A stretch of DNA of 20,000 bases, taken from an uncultured virus (IMG/VR IMGVR_UViG_3300010334_004649). Lineage: Duplodnaviria > Heunggongvirae > Uroviricota > Caudoviricetes. Both the position numbers and the translations under genes were made by a program. Under the pieces are notes generated by a model. That model did no database searches. It was not told the origin of the DNA and saw only the letters and a list, made by a program, of their open reading frames with translations. How positions within the stretch are numbered: position 1 is the stretch's first letter; each line of letters opens with the position of its first letter. The stretch lies in IMG/VR virus record IMGVR_UViG_3300010334_004649. One strand, 5' to 3'. This document shows, one piece after another, positions 1 to 8,193 of the stretch.

Positions 1-1
1 T

Positions 2-127
2 AACGTGCCATTGTATGTTGTTCAAGCAGTTGTTAACCCCTGTGCAAGCACAATGATGAATCATGATATTTTGGATGCAGATAACTTCTTTGATTCTTTG
101 ACTTCTAGCAAATATGCTTTATATTAG
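2..127 (+). CDS. 3' end of a hypothetical protein entering from upstream of the window
   Basis: Frame +2 is open from base 2 to TAG at 125-127 (NVPLYVVQAVVNPC...SKYALY*). Confidence 0.45.
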   Translation, partial: NVPLYVVQAVVNPCASTMMNHDILDADNFFDSLTSSKYALY

Positions 128-149
128 AATGAGAACAAAGGGGATGAAA

Positions 150-440
150 ATGGATTTACCTAAGCCAACCTTTCCTTATATTGGGCGCTTGTATCAAGCA
201 GTGGTGTCTGAAGGTTTGAGTGCTGGGAGTTTGAATCGTGAAAATACAGATACTGTATTGCGCAAACTCTGCAAGACAACGTGGTTGGAAGAAAATCGCG
301 ACATCTACAAGATTTGGATGTTGGGAGGTGATACTTGGGGAGACCTAATCAAAGACGTAAAAAAATACAGTGCTGTAGTAAACCAATACAAGCGCGATGC
401 CAAAAAAACAGAGAAAAACATAAAAAAGTCACATGAATAA
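150..440 (+). CDS. hypothetical protein
   Basis: ORF 114..440; AAGGGG precedes ATG 150 (alternative starts 144/114); no motif recognised. Confidence 0.6.
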   Translation: MDLPKPTFPYIGRLYQAVVSEGLSAGSLNRENTDTVLRKLCKTTWLEENRDIYKIWMLGGDTWGDLIKDVKKYSAVVNQYKRDAKKTEKNIKKSHE

Positions 441-505
441 CAGCATCCTTGTTTAGAGCTCATTGATGATTACCTTGAATCATCAATGAGCTATGTGATA
501 CAGAA

Positions 506-1102
506 TCACTGTCGCAGATACGACGGAGGAAAATAAGGTACAATGGTATTCTGTAGAGTTGGTTCCCACCAATGTATCTGACGTATTGTATGTTGTATGC
601 CCTGCGGCTGATGCACACGCACAATATGCCTGGTTCCAGTTTCAATATACCAGAGTTGACAGGTTTTTTGATTGTAACTCCAACGCATTACTTCTACTGT
701 GATATGGCTATCCAAAAGCCAGTAATCTAATCTGTGGCGAGGGTTAAATTCCGCCCATAATTCCCAACCAAAACTTAAAGTTGGTGGCACACCGTTGTTT
801 TGAAAGACAGAACGATTGGTCAAGGCCAATTGATGTGCCATCCACCATGAAACGGCATCTGCTCCATACCATAGTTTCTGCACAAAATGCCTAGCCAACC
901 ATAGAATTCCGATGATACTGCCCCATATGGTAAAAATAGCCACCAACGTTACTGCATGCCATAGCCGAAACAGCAGCGATTTTGAGCTAGACCAAATCGC
1001 CGCTGCTGCTGTTTTTACAGAGTTGGCGATATATGTTGGAATAACACCGGCAAAAGCCTGCATCAATAGATAAGTTAGTTTGGTAATCGGATTTCTTGTC
1101 AT
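506..1102 (-). CDS. hypothetical membrane protein, probably late and leaderless
   Basis: Long ORF with a hydrophobic segment (AVTLVAIFTIWGSIIGILWLA); ATG at 1102 lies 5 nt after an ATAAATA box. Confidence 0.7.
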   Translation of the reverse strand: MTRNPITKLTYLLMQAFAGVIPTYIANSVKTAAAAIWSSSKSLLFRLWHAVTLVAIFTIWGSIIGILWLARHFVQKLWYGADAVSWWMAHQLALTNRSVFQNNGVPPTLSFGWELWAEFNPRHRLDYWLLDSHITVEVMRWSYNQKTCQLWYIETGTRHIVRVHQPQGIQHTIRQIHWWEPTLQNTIVPYFPPSYLRQ

Positions 1103-1107
1103 GCCGA

Positions 1108-1114
1108 TATTTAT
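1108..1114 (-). promoter_or_regulatory. late-type promoter ATAAATA inside the inverted repeat GCCGATA-AA-TATCGGC
   Basis: Minus strand GCCGATAAATATCGGC-ATG; resembles the T4 late consensus TATAAATA. Confidence 0.7.
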
Positions 1115-1193
1115 CGGCAAAACACTGTTAATTGTGGAAAAAAACTCATTATGGACAAACCTGTGTTAGTCACCTGGCTTTCCGCGGCGGGAG

Positions 1194-1200
1194 ATAAATA
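1194..1200 (+). promoter_or_regulatory. late-type promoter ATAAATA
   Basis: GAGATAAATA upstream of GAGGA RBS and ATG 1233. Confidence 0.7.
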
Positions 1201-1232
1201 TGCAACGACATTATCAAATACGAGGAAATTAC

Positions 1233-2339
1233 ATGAGTGATCATATACTAGATGAGATCAAACGTTACAAGAACTTGCTTGAAAGTTCTGTTAATATGGA
1301 TCCAACCAATGCCTTGAGCGACAGGGAACTCGTTCGTTTCCAACAAATGCCTGCGGCCAAACAAAAGATAGCCAGTCCTCAACAGCAGGCAATGCTAGAT
1401 CGTGAAATGAACAGCCGTCTTAACATGGATGAAAAACTCAGCAGCAACGATCGCAGAAGAATGTTGACACGAGTTATGAAAAGGTTGGAAAAGTTATCTG
1501 GTTTGAAGCAGGATGGTCAAGACTTAACGGAAAAAATGGCCAACTTCATCATAAATTGTATTACACGAGGAATGTCATTTGAAGACGCCTTGCATTTGAG
1601 CAACAAGCGAATAGCAGAGACCAACAGACACGCTGCTGATGACAAGGGCCCTGTTGCAGCTCATCAGAACTCAACAAAAACCTGCGACGTTTGCCAGGGC
1701 ACTGGACAGGACGACTATCACAAGGATCATCCCTGCGGGGCCTGTGGCGGTACTGGCAAGGAAAGTTACATGCATGAGGAAATGACCAAAGAAGGCAATG
1801 CATTTCTAAATGCTCGGCGCAATGCTGCAATGAAAGGTCTTGATTCTTTCGAGTTTGATGGCAAAACACATACAATTACCGGAGATGAAGACCTAGGAGA
1901 AGGTGCCTATACTAATCAGTTTGAAGATCCAAAGCCCGCTGCTGATCACAATGATCGCAACTGGAAAGACTGGGGTACCACCAAGCAAGACTATACAGAT
2001 GCTGAGACCAAGACCTGGGATAGTTACATGCAGAATGAAGATCAAAACTCAACAAAAACCTGCGACGTTTGCCAGGGCACTGGACAGGACGACTATCACA
2101 AGGATCATCCCTGCGGGGCCTGTGGCGGTACTGGCAAGGAAAGTGACATGCAGAATGAAGATCAAAACTCAACAAAAAAGTGTGACGTTTGCCAGGGCAC
2201 TGGACAGGACGACTATCACAAGGATCATCCCTGCGGGGCCTGTGGCGGTACTGGCAAGGAAAGTGACACAGCAGCAGTTGATCTTCATGAAACAAAAGTG
2301 TTTGTTAATCGCCTCCGTAAATTGTCAGGCTTAAAATGA
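1233..2339 (+). CDS. modular protein with three DnaJ-type zinc-finger units (CxxCxGxG..CxxCxGxG); putative internal head protein
   Basis: RBS GAGGA before ATG 1233; three copies of CDVCQGTG-x8-CGACGGTG; RLxKLSGLK occurs internally and at the C-terminus. Confidence 0.8.
   Translation: MSDHILDEIKRYKNLLESSVNMDPTNALSDRELVRFQQMPAAKQKIASPQQQAMLDREMNSRLNMDEKLSSNDRRRMLTRVMKRLEKLSGLKQDGQDLTEKMANFIINCITRGMSFEDALHLSNKRIAETNRHAADDKGPVAAHQNSTKTCDVCQGTGQDDYHKDHPCGACGGTGKESYMHEEMTKEGNAFLNARRNAAMKGLDSFEFDGKTHTITGDEDLGEGAYTNQFEDPKPAADHNDRNWKDWGTTKQDYTDAETKTWDSYMQNEDQNSTKTCDVCQGTGQDDYHKDHPCGACGGTGKESDMQNEDQNSTKKCDVCQGTGQDDYHKDHPCGACGGTGKESDTAAVDLHETKVFVNRLRKLSGLK
1668..2268 (+). repeat. three near-identical intragenic repeats (99-bp core at 1668-1766, 2046-2144, 2166-2264; the last two form a 120-bp tandem)
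   Basis: Direct comparison: copies 1 and 2 identical over 99 bp, copy 3 differs at about 3 positions. Confidence 0.95.
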
Positions 2340-4183
2340 CCAATGCGGAACGCATGAGGCAACTTATAGATGAACTAGAGTTGGAGATGGCAGGTAACAA
2401 ACTGCCATCTGCTCCTGCGGTACTGCAAAATGGAAAAAAAGTTCTTACAGAAGACCAAACCACCACTATTGAAGAAAACCTCCGAGATTGGTTCAACCAG
2501 AAGTGGGTACGGTTTGGACCAGACGGCAAGATCCGCGGCGCATGTGCTCGAGGCAGTGACAAAGAAGGCAAGCCCAAGTGCCTGCCGCAGGCCAAAGCTC
2601 ATGCATTGGGCAAGAAGAAGCGTGCCACCGCTGCGCGCCGCAAACGCAGAGAAGATCCACATGCAGATCGTCGAGGTGCTGCAAAGAATGTGCATACAAA
2701 CGAGTCTATTGCAGAAGATTCGGCGCTGAGTGCAGCTATACGACGTGTACAACACCTGCTGAATGACCGTTTTGGTGCCAATTTGGACGTAGATGGTATA
2801 TTTGGGCCTCTTACCCTGCAGTCAATCAACATGTTTATGCCTGGGGCTGATTTTGGCCCAGCGCCCCATCCAGACCGTACCACTGCGGTCCAAGGCCTGC
2901 AGACTAAACCCGTAAGAGCAGATACTTGCCCGTTCTGCGGCGGAGAAATGTATGATGTCGACACAATGTTGGAAAACAAAGATGCCTGTTATTACAAGGT
3001 AAAACGTCGTTACAAAGTATGGCCCAGTGCCTACGCCAGTGGAGCGCTGGTGCAATGCCGGAAGCGGGGTGCCAAAAATTGGGGCAAGAGCCAGACAAAT
3101 GAAAATTCATCAGGACGGTTCGACGCTATTCCATCTGCTGTTACTAAAGATGGGCAATTGACCAACGCCCACTTCAAACAGAACTCCAGAGACCATGCCA
3201 ATGTGCGGATGGACCGTCAACAAGTCGACGAAAATATGGACCATTCCAAAGATACTCAAGCCGTAGCTGAATTGGCTGCAGCACTGCTGGCACGTAAACG
3301 TAGTCTTAAGCGTTTGAAAAACAACACAGAAAAACTCTATTCTGAGATAGATCAACTGATGACCACGGTAGCCAAGACCCACGGTATCAGCGGGCAAAAA
3401 CTTCACGACATGTGGATAGCCAAATACCATGAGGTGCCAGATACTTGGATACAGTTGGCAGAAATTGATCATGTAGACGAAGCATGGAGCAAAAAATACA
3501 AAAAAAGTATAAATTGCAGCAATCCCAAAGGATTTAGCCAAAAAGCCCATTGTGCTGCAAGACGCAAAAGACAACGTCATCAGCCTACCAAAAGCAAAAG
3601 TGTCAGCGAAAACCAAAACCCAGTTGACAATGAAAATTTAATCTCAGTCAACAATGCCAAAATCCTGATGCCGCAGATACTCTCAAAGGTCCAAAAGATT
3701 TATGATGATTGGGACGAATCTGATCGAGACACCTATGCTGGTGGGGGAATCTGCCACCTACTGTCAGATGCCATTTGTAACATACTCAATGATAATGATA
3801 TAGACTCTACTCCAGTTAGTTGCACAATGGAACAACATGTTTATGTTGTGGCTAAATTCCAAGAAGGTATCTATGAGGTCGATATACCATATCATGTTTA
3901 TGAAATAGGTGGCGGTTATTCTTGGAGCAAGATACCAGATGTAAAGTTTGAGCCCAGTGATGTGAGATTCCAAAAGTTATCAGGAGATCCAAACCAGTGG
4001 GAAAATTATATAGAAGAAAACTTTGCTGATGGTCGAGGTCCTGGTAGACCAGGTGACAGTGCTAGACATGGCATTCCACGGCACGCTACACTTGCACAAT
4101 TGGATGTAATTGGCCAAGGCAAGGGCCGCAAGGCTCAACTGGCCAGATGGCAGGCAAACATGCGCAGAGGTAGGAAAAAATGA
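2336..4183 (+). CDS. 615-aa multi-module protein (putative virion polyprotein) with a peptidoglycan-binding-like module and a Cys-His-Asp module
   Basis: ATGA overlap with the upstream gene; VQHLLN..LDVDGIFGPLT (PG_binding_1-like); short basic Cys-containing modules separated by xxE linkers. Confidence 0.85.
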   Translation: MTNAERMRQLIDELELEMAGNKLPSAPAVLQNGKKVLTEDQTTTIEENLRDWFNQKWVRFGPDGKIRGACARGSDKEGKPKCLPQAKAHALGKKKRATAARRKRREDPHADRRGAAKNVHTNESIAEDSALSAAIRRVQHLLNDRFGANLDVDGIFGPLTLQSINMFMPGADFGPAPHPDRTTAVQGLQTKPVRADTCPFCGGEMYDVDTMLENKDACYYKVKRRYKVWPSAYASGALVQCRKRGAKNWGKSQTNENSSGRFDAIPSAVTKDGQLTNAHFKQNSRDHANVRMDRQQVDENMDHSKDTQAVAELAAALLARKRSLKRLKNNTEKLYSEIDQLMTTVAKTHGISGQKLHDMWIAKYHEVPDTWIQLAEIDHVDEAWSKKYKKSINCSNPKGFSQKAHCAARRKRQRHQPTKSKSVSENQNPVDNENLISVNNAKILMPQILSKVQKIYDDWDESDRDTYAGGGICHLLSDAICNILNDNDIDSTPVSCTMEQHVYVVAKFQEGIYEVDIPYHVYEIGGGYSWSKIPDVKFEPSDVRFQKLSGDPNQWENYIEENFADGRGPGRPGDSARHGIPRHATLAQLDVIGQGKGRKAQLARWQANMRRGRKK

Positions 4184-4416
4184 CCATAAGAATACAACCG
4201 GGGACAAAATTCCCACACACCGTGGCTGTTGGGTCTGAGGAGTCTATCGGTCCAGGTCATACCTACAGCACATTAGCAGATTGGTGCAGTAATCTCATGG
4301 GAGACATGGACAAAAACTGGACCATATGCTGGGATGACATTAGTGGCATGACATGGACATTCCGTAACAGGTTAGATGCCAGCCTGTTTAATTTCACCTG
4401 GTGTTCAGATAGATAG
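4180..4416 (+). CDS. small phage protein of the 'WC...F...A..F.L.W' type
   Basis: ATGA overlap; DWC...WTFRNRLDASLFNFTWC. Confidence 0.75.
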   Translation: MTIRIQPGTKFPHTVAVGSEESIGPGHTYSTLADWCSNLMGDMDKNWTICWDDISGMTWTFRNRLDASLFNFTWCSDR

Positions 4417-4452
4417 TCAACAGAGGTATAACCTGCAGATGCTTTTTGGGAG

Positions 4453-4704
4453 ATGATACGAATGAAAAGACTACTTAATCACCACGAGCATAAAATAATC
4501 ACAGATAATGCCAAGGCTGCATGGACTCGTTGGTACACAACTGGTGTCAAAGGCGACATGATGTTGCCTCAGGATACACTGGAGTTTTGGATGATAGTTG
4601 AGACTGAGAAATATCTACAATCAATTCGCCAAGATCATCAAGGCCTTGATGATCTTGGCGACAATTTAAAATTTAGGTGCAATGACAGCGAAACTGGTGC
4701 CTAA
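4453..4704 (+). CDS. hypothetical protein
   Basis: 83-aa ORF; GGGAG upstream (start 4453 or 4462). Confidence 0.6.
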   Translation: MIRMKRLLNHHEHKIITDNAKAAWTRWYTTGVKGDMMLPQDTLEFWMIVETEKYLQSIRQDHQGLDDLGDNLKFRCNDSETGA

Positions 4705-4709
4705 CATTG

Positions 4710-4871
4710 TCAGTTCATATGGGCCAAAAACACCCATGCTGACAGCCCAACAACCAAAATCAACATGTTGGTAAAAGATTTTAAACCCCATTTCAACGTT
4801 ATCCATATAAGCCAGATAAAAACTCCCAGCAAGAAAAAATTCTGAACGGTTCTTTTGGTATTGTTGTCCAT
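4710..4871 (-). CDS. small two-TM membrane protein (53 aa, not in the ORF track)
   Basis: GGAGA-N5-ATG; MDNNTKRTVQNFFLLGVFIWLIWITLKWVLKSFTNMLILVVGLSAWVFLAHMN*. Confidence 0.7.
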   Translation of the reverse strand: MDNNTKRTVQNFFLLGVFIWLIWITLKWGLKSFTNMLILVVGLSAWVFLAHMN

Positions 4872-4949
4872 ATCTGTCTCCATTGTGAGAGTGGTGTTGG
4901 TTACCAGTTGATAATAACATACATCCGCTAGATTTCAACCAAAATCATG

Positions 4950-5075
4950 TCAATGACGATGTGAATATGGAGAATGCTGATAATAAGAGTGATGGTATGA
5001 ATAATTTCCATGCGGGACTATCATGCAGCCCTGCAGAACAAGAATCACCACAAACATTAACACGAATTTGAACAT
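4950..5075 (-). CDS. small lipoprotein (41 aa) with His/Tyr-rich tail
   Basis: GGAGA RBS; MFKFVLMFVVILVLQG-C lipobox; tail NYSYHHSYYQHSPYSHRH. Confidence 0.7.
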   Translation of the reverse strand: MFKFVLMFVVILVLQGCMIVPHGNYSYHHSYYQHSPYSHRH

Positions 5076-5203
5076 GTTTGATCTCCATTTGTATGGTAAT
5101 TTGATGTTAACATGTTTGGTCAAAAACTGCAACCTGTTTGATCCAATCTGTTGATTATTTCCACAGATCTTATGGACCAGCCGCAGGGCAGTGTAACCCT
5201 GTT

Positions 5204-5761
5204 TCAAACATAACCAGTTTCTTGTAACATATCATAAACTGCATTATATGAGTGCTTCCGCGTCTGCAGGACCAATGCCCTTCGTGCAACTGGTACATCA
5301 CTGCTACTTTCTACACTGTGTGGTTTAGTAACGTCTAACAACCAACTTTCGCCATCTGCAGCTGTAAATTCAGCTGCCGACTCTAAACAGGCTTCGTCAA
5401 AGATCGCACCATTTGTTTGATTGGCTATCTTGCTTGTTACAGGTTCTTGATCCTTTTTGAGTTGCCAAAATCGCGTGACACATCCGCTGGTTTCGACATA
5501 GCAATTAATGGTAGCCAGTATACCGCTATCGGTATGAGGTGGAATACGTGAGCGATTTATACTCATACACAGCACAGCAAAATCACTCCGATACCTCAAG
5601 GGGATGACGTTGTATAATCCGTCAAAATCGCCTTTGGCAATATGATACTGGATACCTCGGAAAGTTCCGGTGTCGTCCGGGCGACCATATCTAGTCCAAA
5701 GAGTCTGCGTCTCAAAGTTGGAAATTGGAATGTTTTTTGATAATTTTGTGAACATGTCCAT
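5204..5761 (-). CDS. 2OG-Fe(II) oxygenase-like (double-stranded beta-helix) protein
   Basis: IPPHTD (HxD), distal WLLDVTKPHSV (His) and RRAL; start may be ATG 5755. Confidence 0.75.
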   Translation of the reverse strand: MDMFTKLSKNIPISNFETQTLWTRYGRPDDTGTFRGIQYHIAKGDFDGLYNVIPLRYRSDFAVLCMSINRSRIPPHTDSGILATINCYVETSGCVTRFWQLKKDQEPVTSKIANQTNGAIFDEACLESAAEFTAADGESWLLDVTKPHSVESSSDVPVARRALVLQTRKHSYNAVYDMLQETGYV

Positions 5762-5790
5762 TTATACCATCAAACCATATCTTTGGTCAA
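5761..5790 (-). promoter_or_regulatory. sigma70-type promoter
   Basis: TTGACC-N18-TATAAA with TG extension; ATG 5755 follows after 5 nt. Confidence 0.5.
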
Positions 5791-5806
5791 TTTCTGTAGG
5801 ATTGTG

Positions 5807-5834
5807 TTGACTTAGGAAAAAGATGCATTAATAT
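5807..5834 (+). promoter_or_regulatory. sigma70-type promoter
   Basis: TTGACT-N16-TAATAT upstream of the 5873 gene. Confidence 0.5.
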
Positions 5835-5872
5835 AGCAGTTGTTAGAGCTAACCACACACGGAGATCATATC

Positions 5873-6043
5873 TTGTTCTACATCTTGGTTGACACTGAAT
5901 CAGAATCTGCCTGCATGACTTTTGACAGCCTTGCTAAAGCACAAGAGGCTTGTTCATATCGCAAGAGGACAGTTGGTGGGAAGTGGAAAGTAATCCGCAC
6001 GGATTCAACCAACCAAATGGTCAAGGAGTCTATGCAGAACTAG
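5873..6043 (+). CDS. hypothetical protein
   Basis: GGAGA RBS then TTG 5873, in frame with ORF 5840..6043. Confidence 0.6.
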   Translation: MFYILVDTESESACMTFDSLAKAQEACSYRKRTVGGKWKVIRTDSTNQMVKESMQN

Positions 6044-6082
6044 ATCATGTGAACAAAAAAATATAAAAACACTAACAAAAAA

Positions 6083-6129
6083 TAAACAATAATTGGGTCA
6101 TCTGTTTTGGTTGACCCAATTATTGTTTA
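6083..6129. terminator. bidirectional intrinsic terminator-like hairpin
   Basis: Perfect 18-bp inverted repeat TAAACAATAATTGGGTCA/TGACCCAATTATTGTTTA, 11-nt loop, between convergent genes. Confidence 0.75.
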
Positions 6130-6133
6130 ATTA

Positions 6134-6424
6134 TCAACTACCGGGGTTGGTCTGAGCCAGCTCAGGATTTTTCAATGCCAGTTCGGTAATCAGTCCACGT
6201 CCGCGTGAGGTGCTGAGTGTGTACGACACTGCTTGTCCTACCACTAGTGTTTCTGCCAAACCAGCACTGCGTACGGTGTTGATATGAACAAACAGATTAC
6301 GCTGCATGCCAGTGTCCGGTGTAACTAGACCAAAGCCCTTGCTGGCATCGAACCATTTTACGGTTCCTGTACCTGTGGTGATCACAGGTGTATCATTCAT
6401 TGTTGGACGATTTGCACCACTCAT
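6134..6424 (-). CDS. csp: cold-shock domain protein (CspA family)
   Basis: GTVKWFDASKGFGLV (RNP1) and LFVHI (RNP2); AGGAGG RBS. Confidence 0.92.
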   Translation of the reverse strand: MSGANRPTMNDTPVITTGTGTVKWFDASKGFGLVTPDTGMQRNLFVHINTVRSAGLAETLVVGQAVSYTLSTSRGRGLITELALKNPELAQTNPGS

Positions 6425-6462
6425 TGTGTTTTGCCTCCTATTAAATTGGCAGTTGTATAGGT

Positions 6463-6469
6463 TATTTAT
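6463..6469 (-). promoter_or_regulatory. late-type promoter ATAAATA
   Basis: ATAAATA about 40 nt upstream of the csp start. Confidence 0.6.
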
Positions 6470-6526
6470 TTCTATGGGCTAACCTAAAGGCAAACAGACT
6501 TTGGCTGGGAAGATTAAATTATGCTT

Positions 6527-6766
6527 TCACGCATTCATCAACATATGAGCCACATAGTAATCCATGGGAATTTTGACTAGATTACGAGATGGATCAATTC
6601 GGCGCTCATAAACAATCCCATTCAACATGTACCCTACCAACACCTGTTTGCGGAGCAGTTTTTTGATCCTACCGGTCACAAGCGAAGCAGGATGTCTATG
6701 ATGCTTGGGCACTTTTATGGCCACAGCATCACCTACGACTATGTTTTGCCCAATGAAATCATCCAT
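6527..6766 (-). CDS. hypothetical phage protein (D.IGQ.I.VGD.V type, possible SH3/KOW-like barrel)
   Basis: AGAGGA RBS before ATG 6766; TTGACA at 6816-6821 upstream. Confidence 0.7.
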   Translation of the reverse strand: MDDFIGQNIVVGDAVAIKVPKHHRHPASLVTGRIKKLLRKQVLVGYMLNGIVYERRIDPSRNLVKIPMDYYVAHMLMNA

Positions 6767-6837
6767 GGTATGTTCCTCTTGCCTTATCATTTGTAGATAA
6801 CATGCTTGCAATAACTGTCAACGACAATCACTGCAGA

Positions 6838-6957
6838 TTAGAAAAATATACCATAAAGAATGCCCAGAGGTATGGCAACCAGCATCAACTCAGCCAAAGC
6901 TGTCACAAAAAAATTGCTGAACATCATCAGCAACGACAGCATCAATAACATCTGCAT
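6838..6957 (-). CDS. 39-aa hydrophobic membrane peptide (not in the ORF track)
   Basis: AAGGAG-N7-ATG; MQMLLMLSLLMMFSNFFVTALAELMLVAIPLGILYGIFF*. Confidence 0.65.
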   Translation of the reverse strand: MQMLLMLSLLMMFSNFFVTALAELMLVAIPLGILYGIFF

Positions 6958-6972
6958 GATCAAACTCCTTGG

Positions 6973-7845
6973 TCAGTGGGTACCAATGTCCATTTCAGTG
7001 AAAACCTTACCAAGGACTGAAACAGGAATCAATGATGGTTGCCAATAACCCCAGGGATTAAGCATCTTGGCATAAGTGGTATTGCCACTGGTTACCAGTC
7101 CGCTAAACATATAACAGTGACCACCAACCAAATTATAACTGCTGTTGCCAACACTGGTATCAAAGGTAATGAGATCCTTGGCATTGATAAATGTGTTGAG
7201 ATTGGCCAAGGTCATTTGACCAGTGCCGTAGGCCGTAGCCACATGTCCTGTTAGTGTTTCCATTGCCAACGTGGGGAAACCACCGTTGGCAATAGCACCA
7301 ATGCCACCCTGCAGTTGAGCAAAAGCCTGCTCCATGATCTGTGGCCAAATAACTTTGAAATCGCCCTGCAGGGCCTGTGTAGAACCGCCGTTGACTGCAT
7401 TGGCAGCAAAATTATTAGTCACTGTGATAGACACGGGTTTGAAACTTTTTGTACCAAAGCTGATCAAACTGCCAGTTGCTGACTTGTAGAGTGTGACTGT
7501 TTCGGTACCATTGCTGTTGATATGGATAGCATTGGTAATCGCTGAGGGATTATAAATGGCTTCCTCACCAAGGCTGCTGAGAAAATAACAGTCACCAATC
7601 TGTCCCTGGTTGATCATAGACACATCGATTGGCTTGTTGCCTGTGGCAAAAACTTCTGTTGGTTTTGCCTTGTATGCTGCAACGGTCTGAGGAATATAAC
7701 TGCCAACAATCATCGCAGATGCTGCGGTGAATGGACCAAGGCCCAGATCGTCCATATCAATGCCAACTACAGCGTCACTCACAGGCTCATAGTGACCAAA
7801 TATATCATTGTGTTGGTATATATCAAAAATGTGTCGCATTGTCAT
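6973..7845 (-). CDS. calpain-like cysteine protease (peptidase C2 catalytic domain)
   Basis: QGQIGDCYFLSSL (Cys), WPQIMEQAFA, GG.P..AM..LTG, GHCY (His), LNPWG (Asn). Confidence 0.9.
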   Translation of the reverse strand: MTMRHIFDIYQHNDIFGHYEPVSDAVVGIDMDDLGLGPFTAASAMIVGSYIPQTVAAYKAKPTEVFATGNKPIDVSMINQGQIGDCYFLSSLGEEAIYNPSAITNAIHINSNGTETVTLYKSATGSLISFGTKSFKPVSITVTNNFAANAVNGGSTQALQGDFKVIWPQIMEQAFAQLQGGIGAIANGGFPTLAMETLTGHVATAYGTGQMTLANLNTFINAKDLITFDTSVGNSSYNLVGGHCYMFSGLVTSGNTTYAKMLNPWGYWQPSLIPVSVLGKVFTEMDIGTH

Positions 7846-7911
7846 ATGTGCCGGCCTTTTTGCTGTTTTTTACATTTTACACGATGAACCTGATCTGCGT
7901 CTAGAACTGCA

Positions 7912-8193
7912 TCAGATATCATAGGCACGCCCTTTGCGGCCCTGTTTGGTCTTGATACCGGTTGGTAACCCTTCATTGCTGAGTTTCATGCTCCACAGCA
8001 ACTTGACCAATTGTGGAACTGTACCAGCTGCTGTTACCTGTTGGCGTAGATCTGCTCGGCGTTCTGGCGACCTAGCATTGTTGAACATGAGATCCAACGT
8101 GGCAGCGCGTGCCTGTTGCATATTGGTCATAACACTGATGGTTTGTATGTCATCAGCATTGATCCATTCGCAGAGGATTTCACTGAGTCTCAT
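7912..8193 (-). CDS. hypothetical protein with capsid-targeting-like N-terminus MRLSEILCE
   Basis: 93-aa ORF coupled to the fibre gene (stop/start overlap at 8193). Confidence 0.75.
   Translation of the reverse strand: MRLSEILCEWINADDIQTISVMTNMQQARAATLDLMFNNARSPERRADLRQQVTAAGTVPQLVKLLWSMKLSNEGLPTGIKTKQGRKGRAYDI

Noticed and set aside
1668..2268. Repeats as a CRISPR array or DGR template/variable pair
   Set aside because: Units are 99-120 bp, in frame and coding, with no unique spacers; only about 3 differences, not a clear adenine-specific pattern, and no cas or reverse transcriptase gene in the window
1233..2339. Annotation as dnaJ
   Set aside because: Only the zinc-finger motif is present; no HPD J-domain or C-terminal substrate-binding domain
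4666..4938. 90-aa minus-strand ORF from the track
   Set aside because: No RBS and overlaps the + gene; another frame (4710..4871) has a strong RBS and a coherent membrane protein
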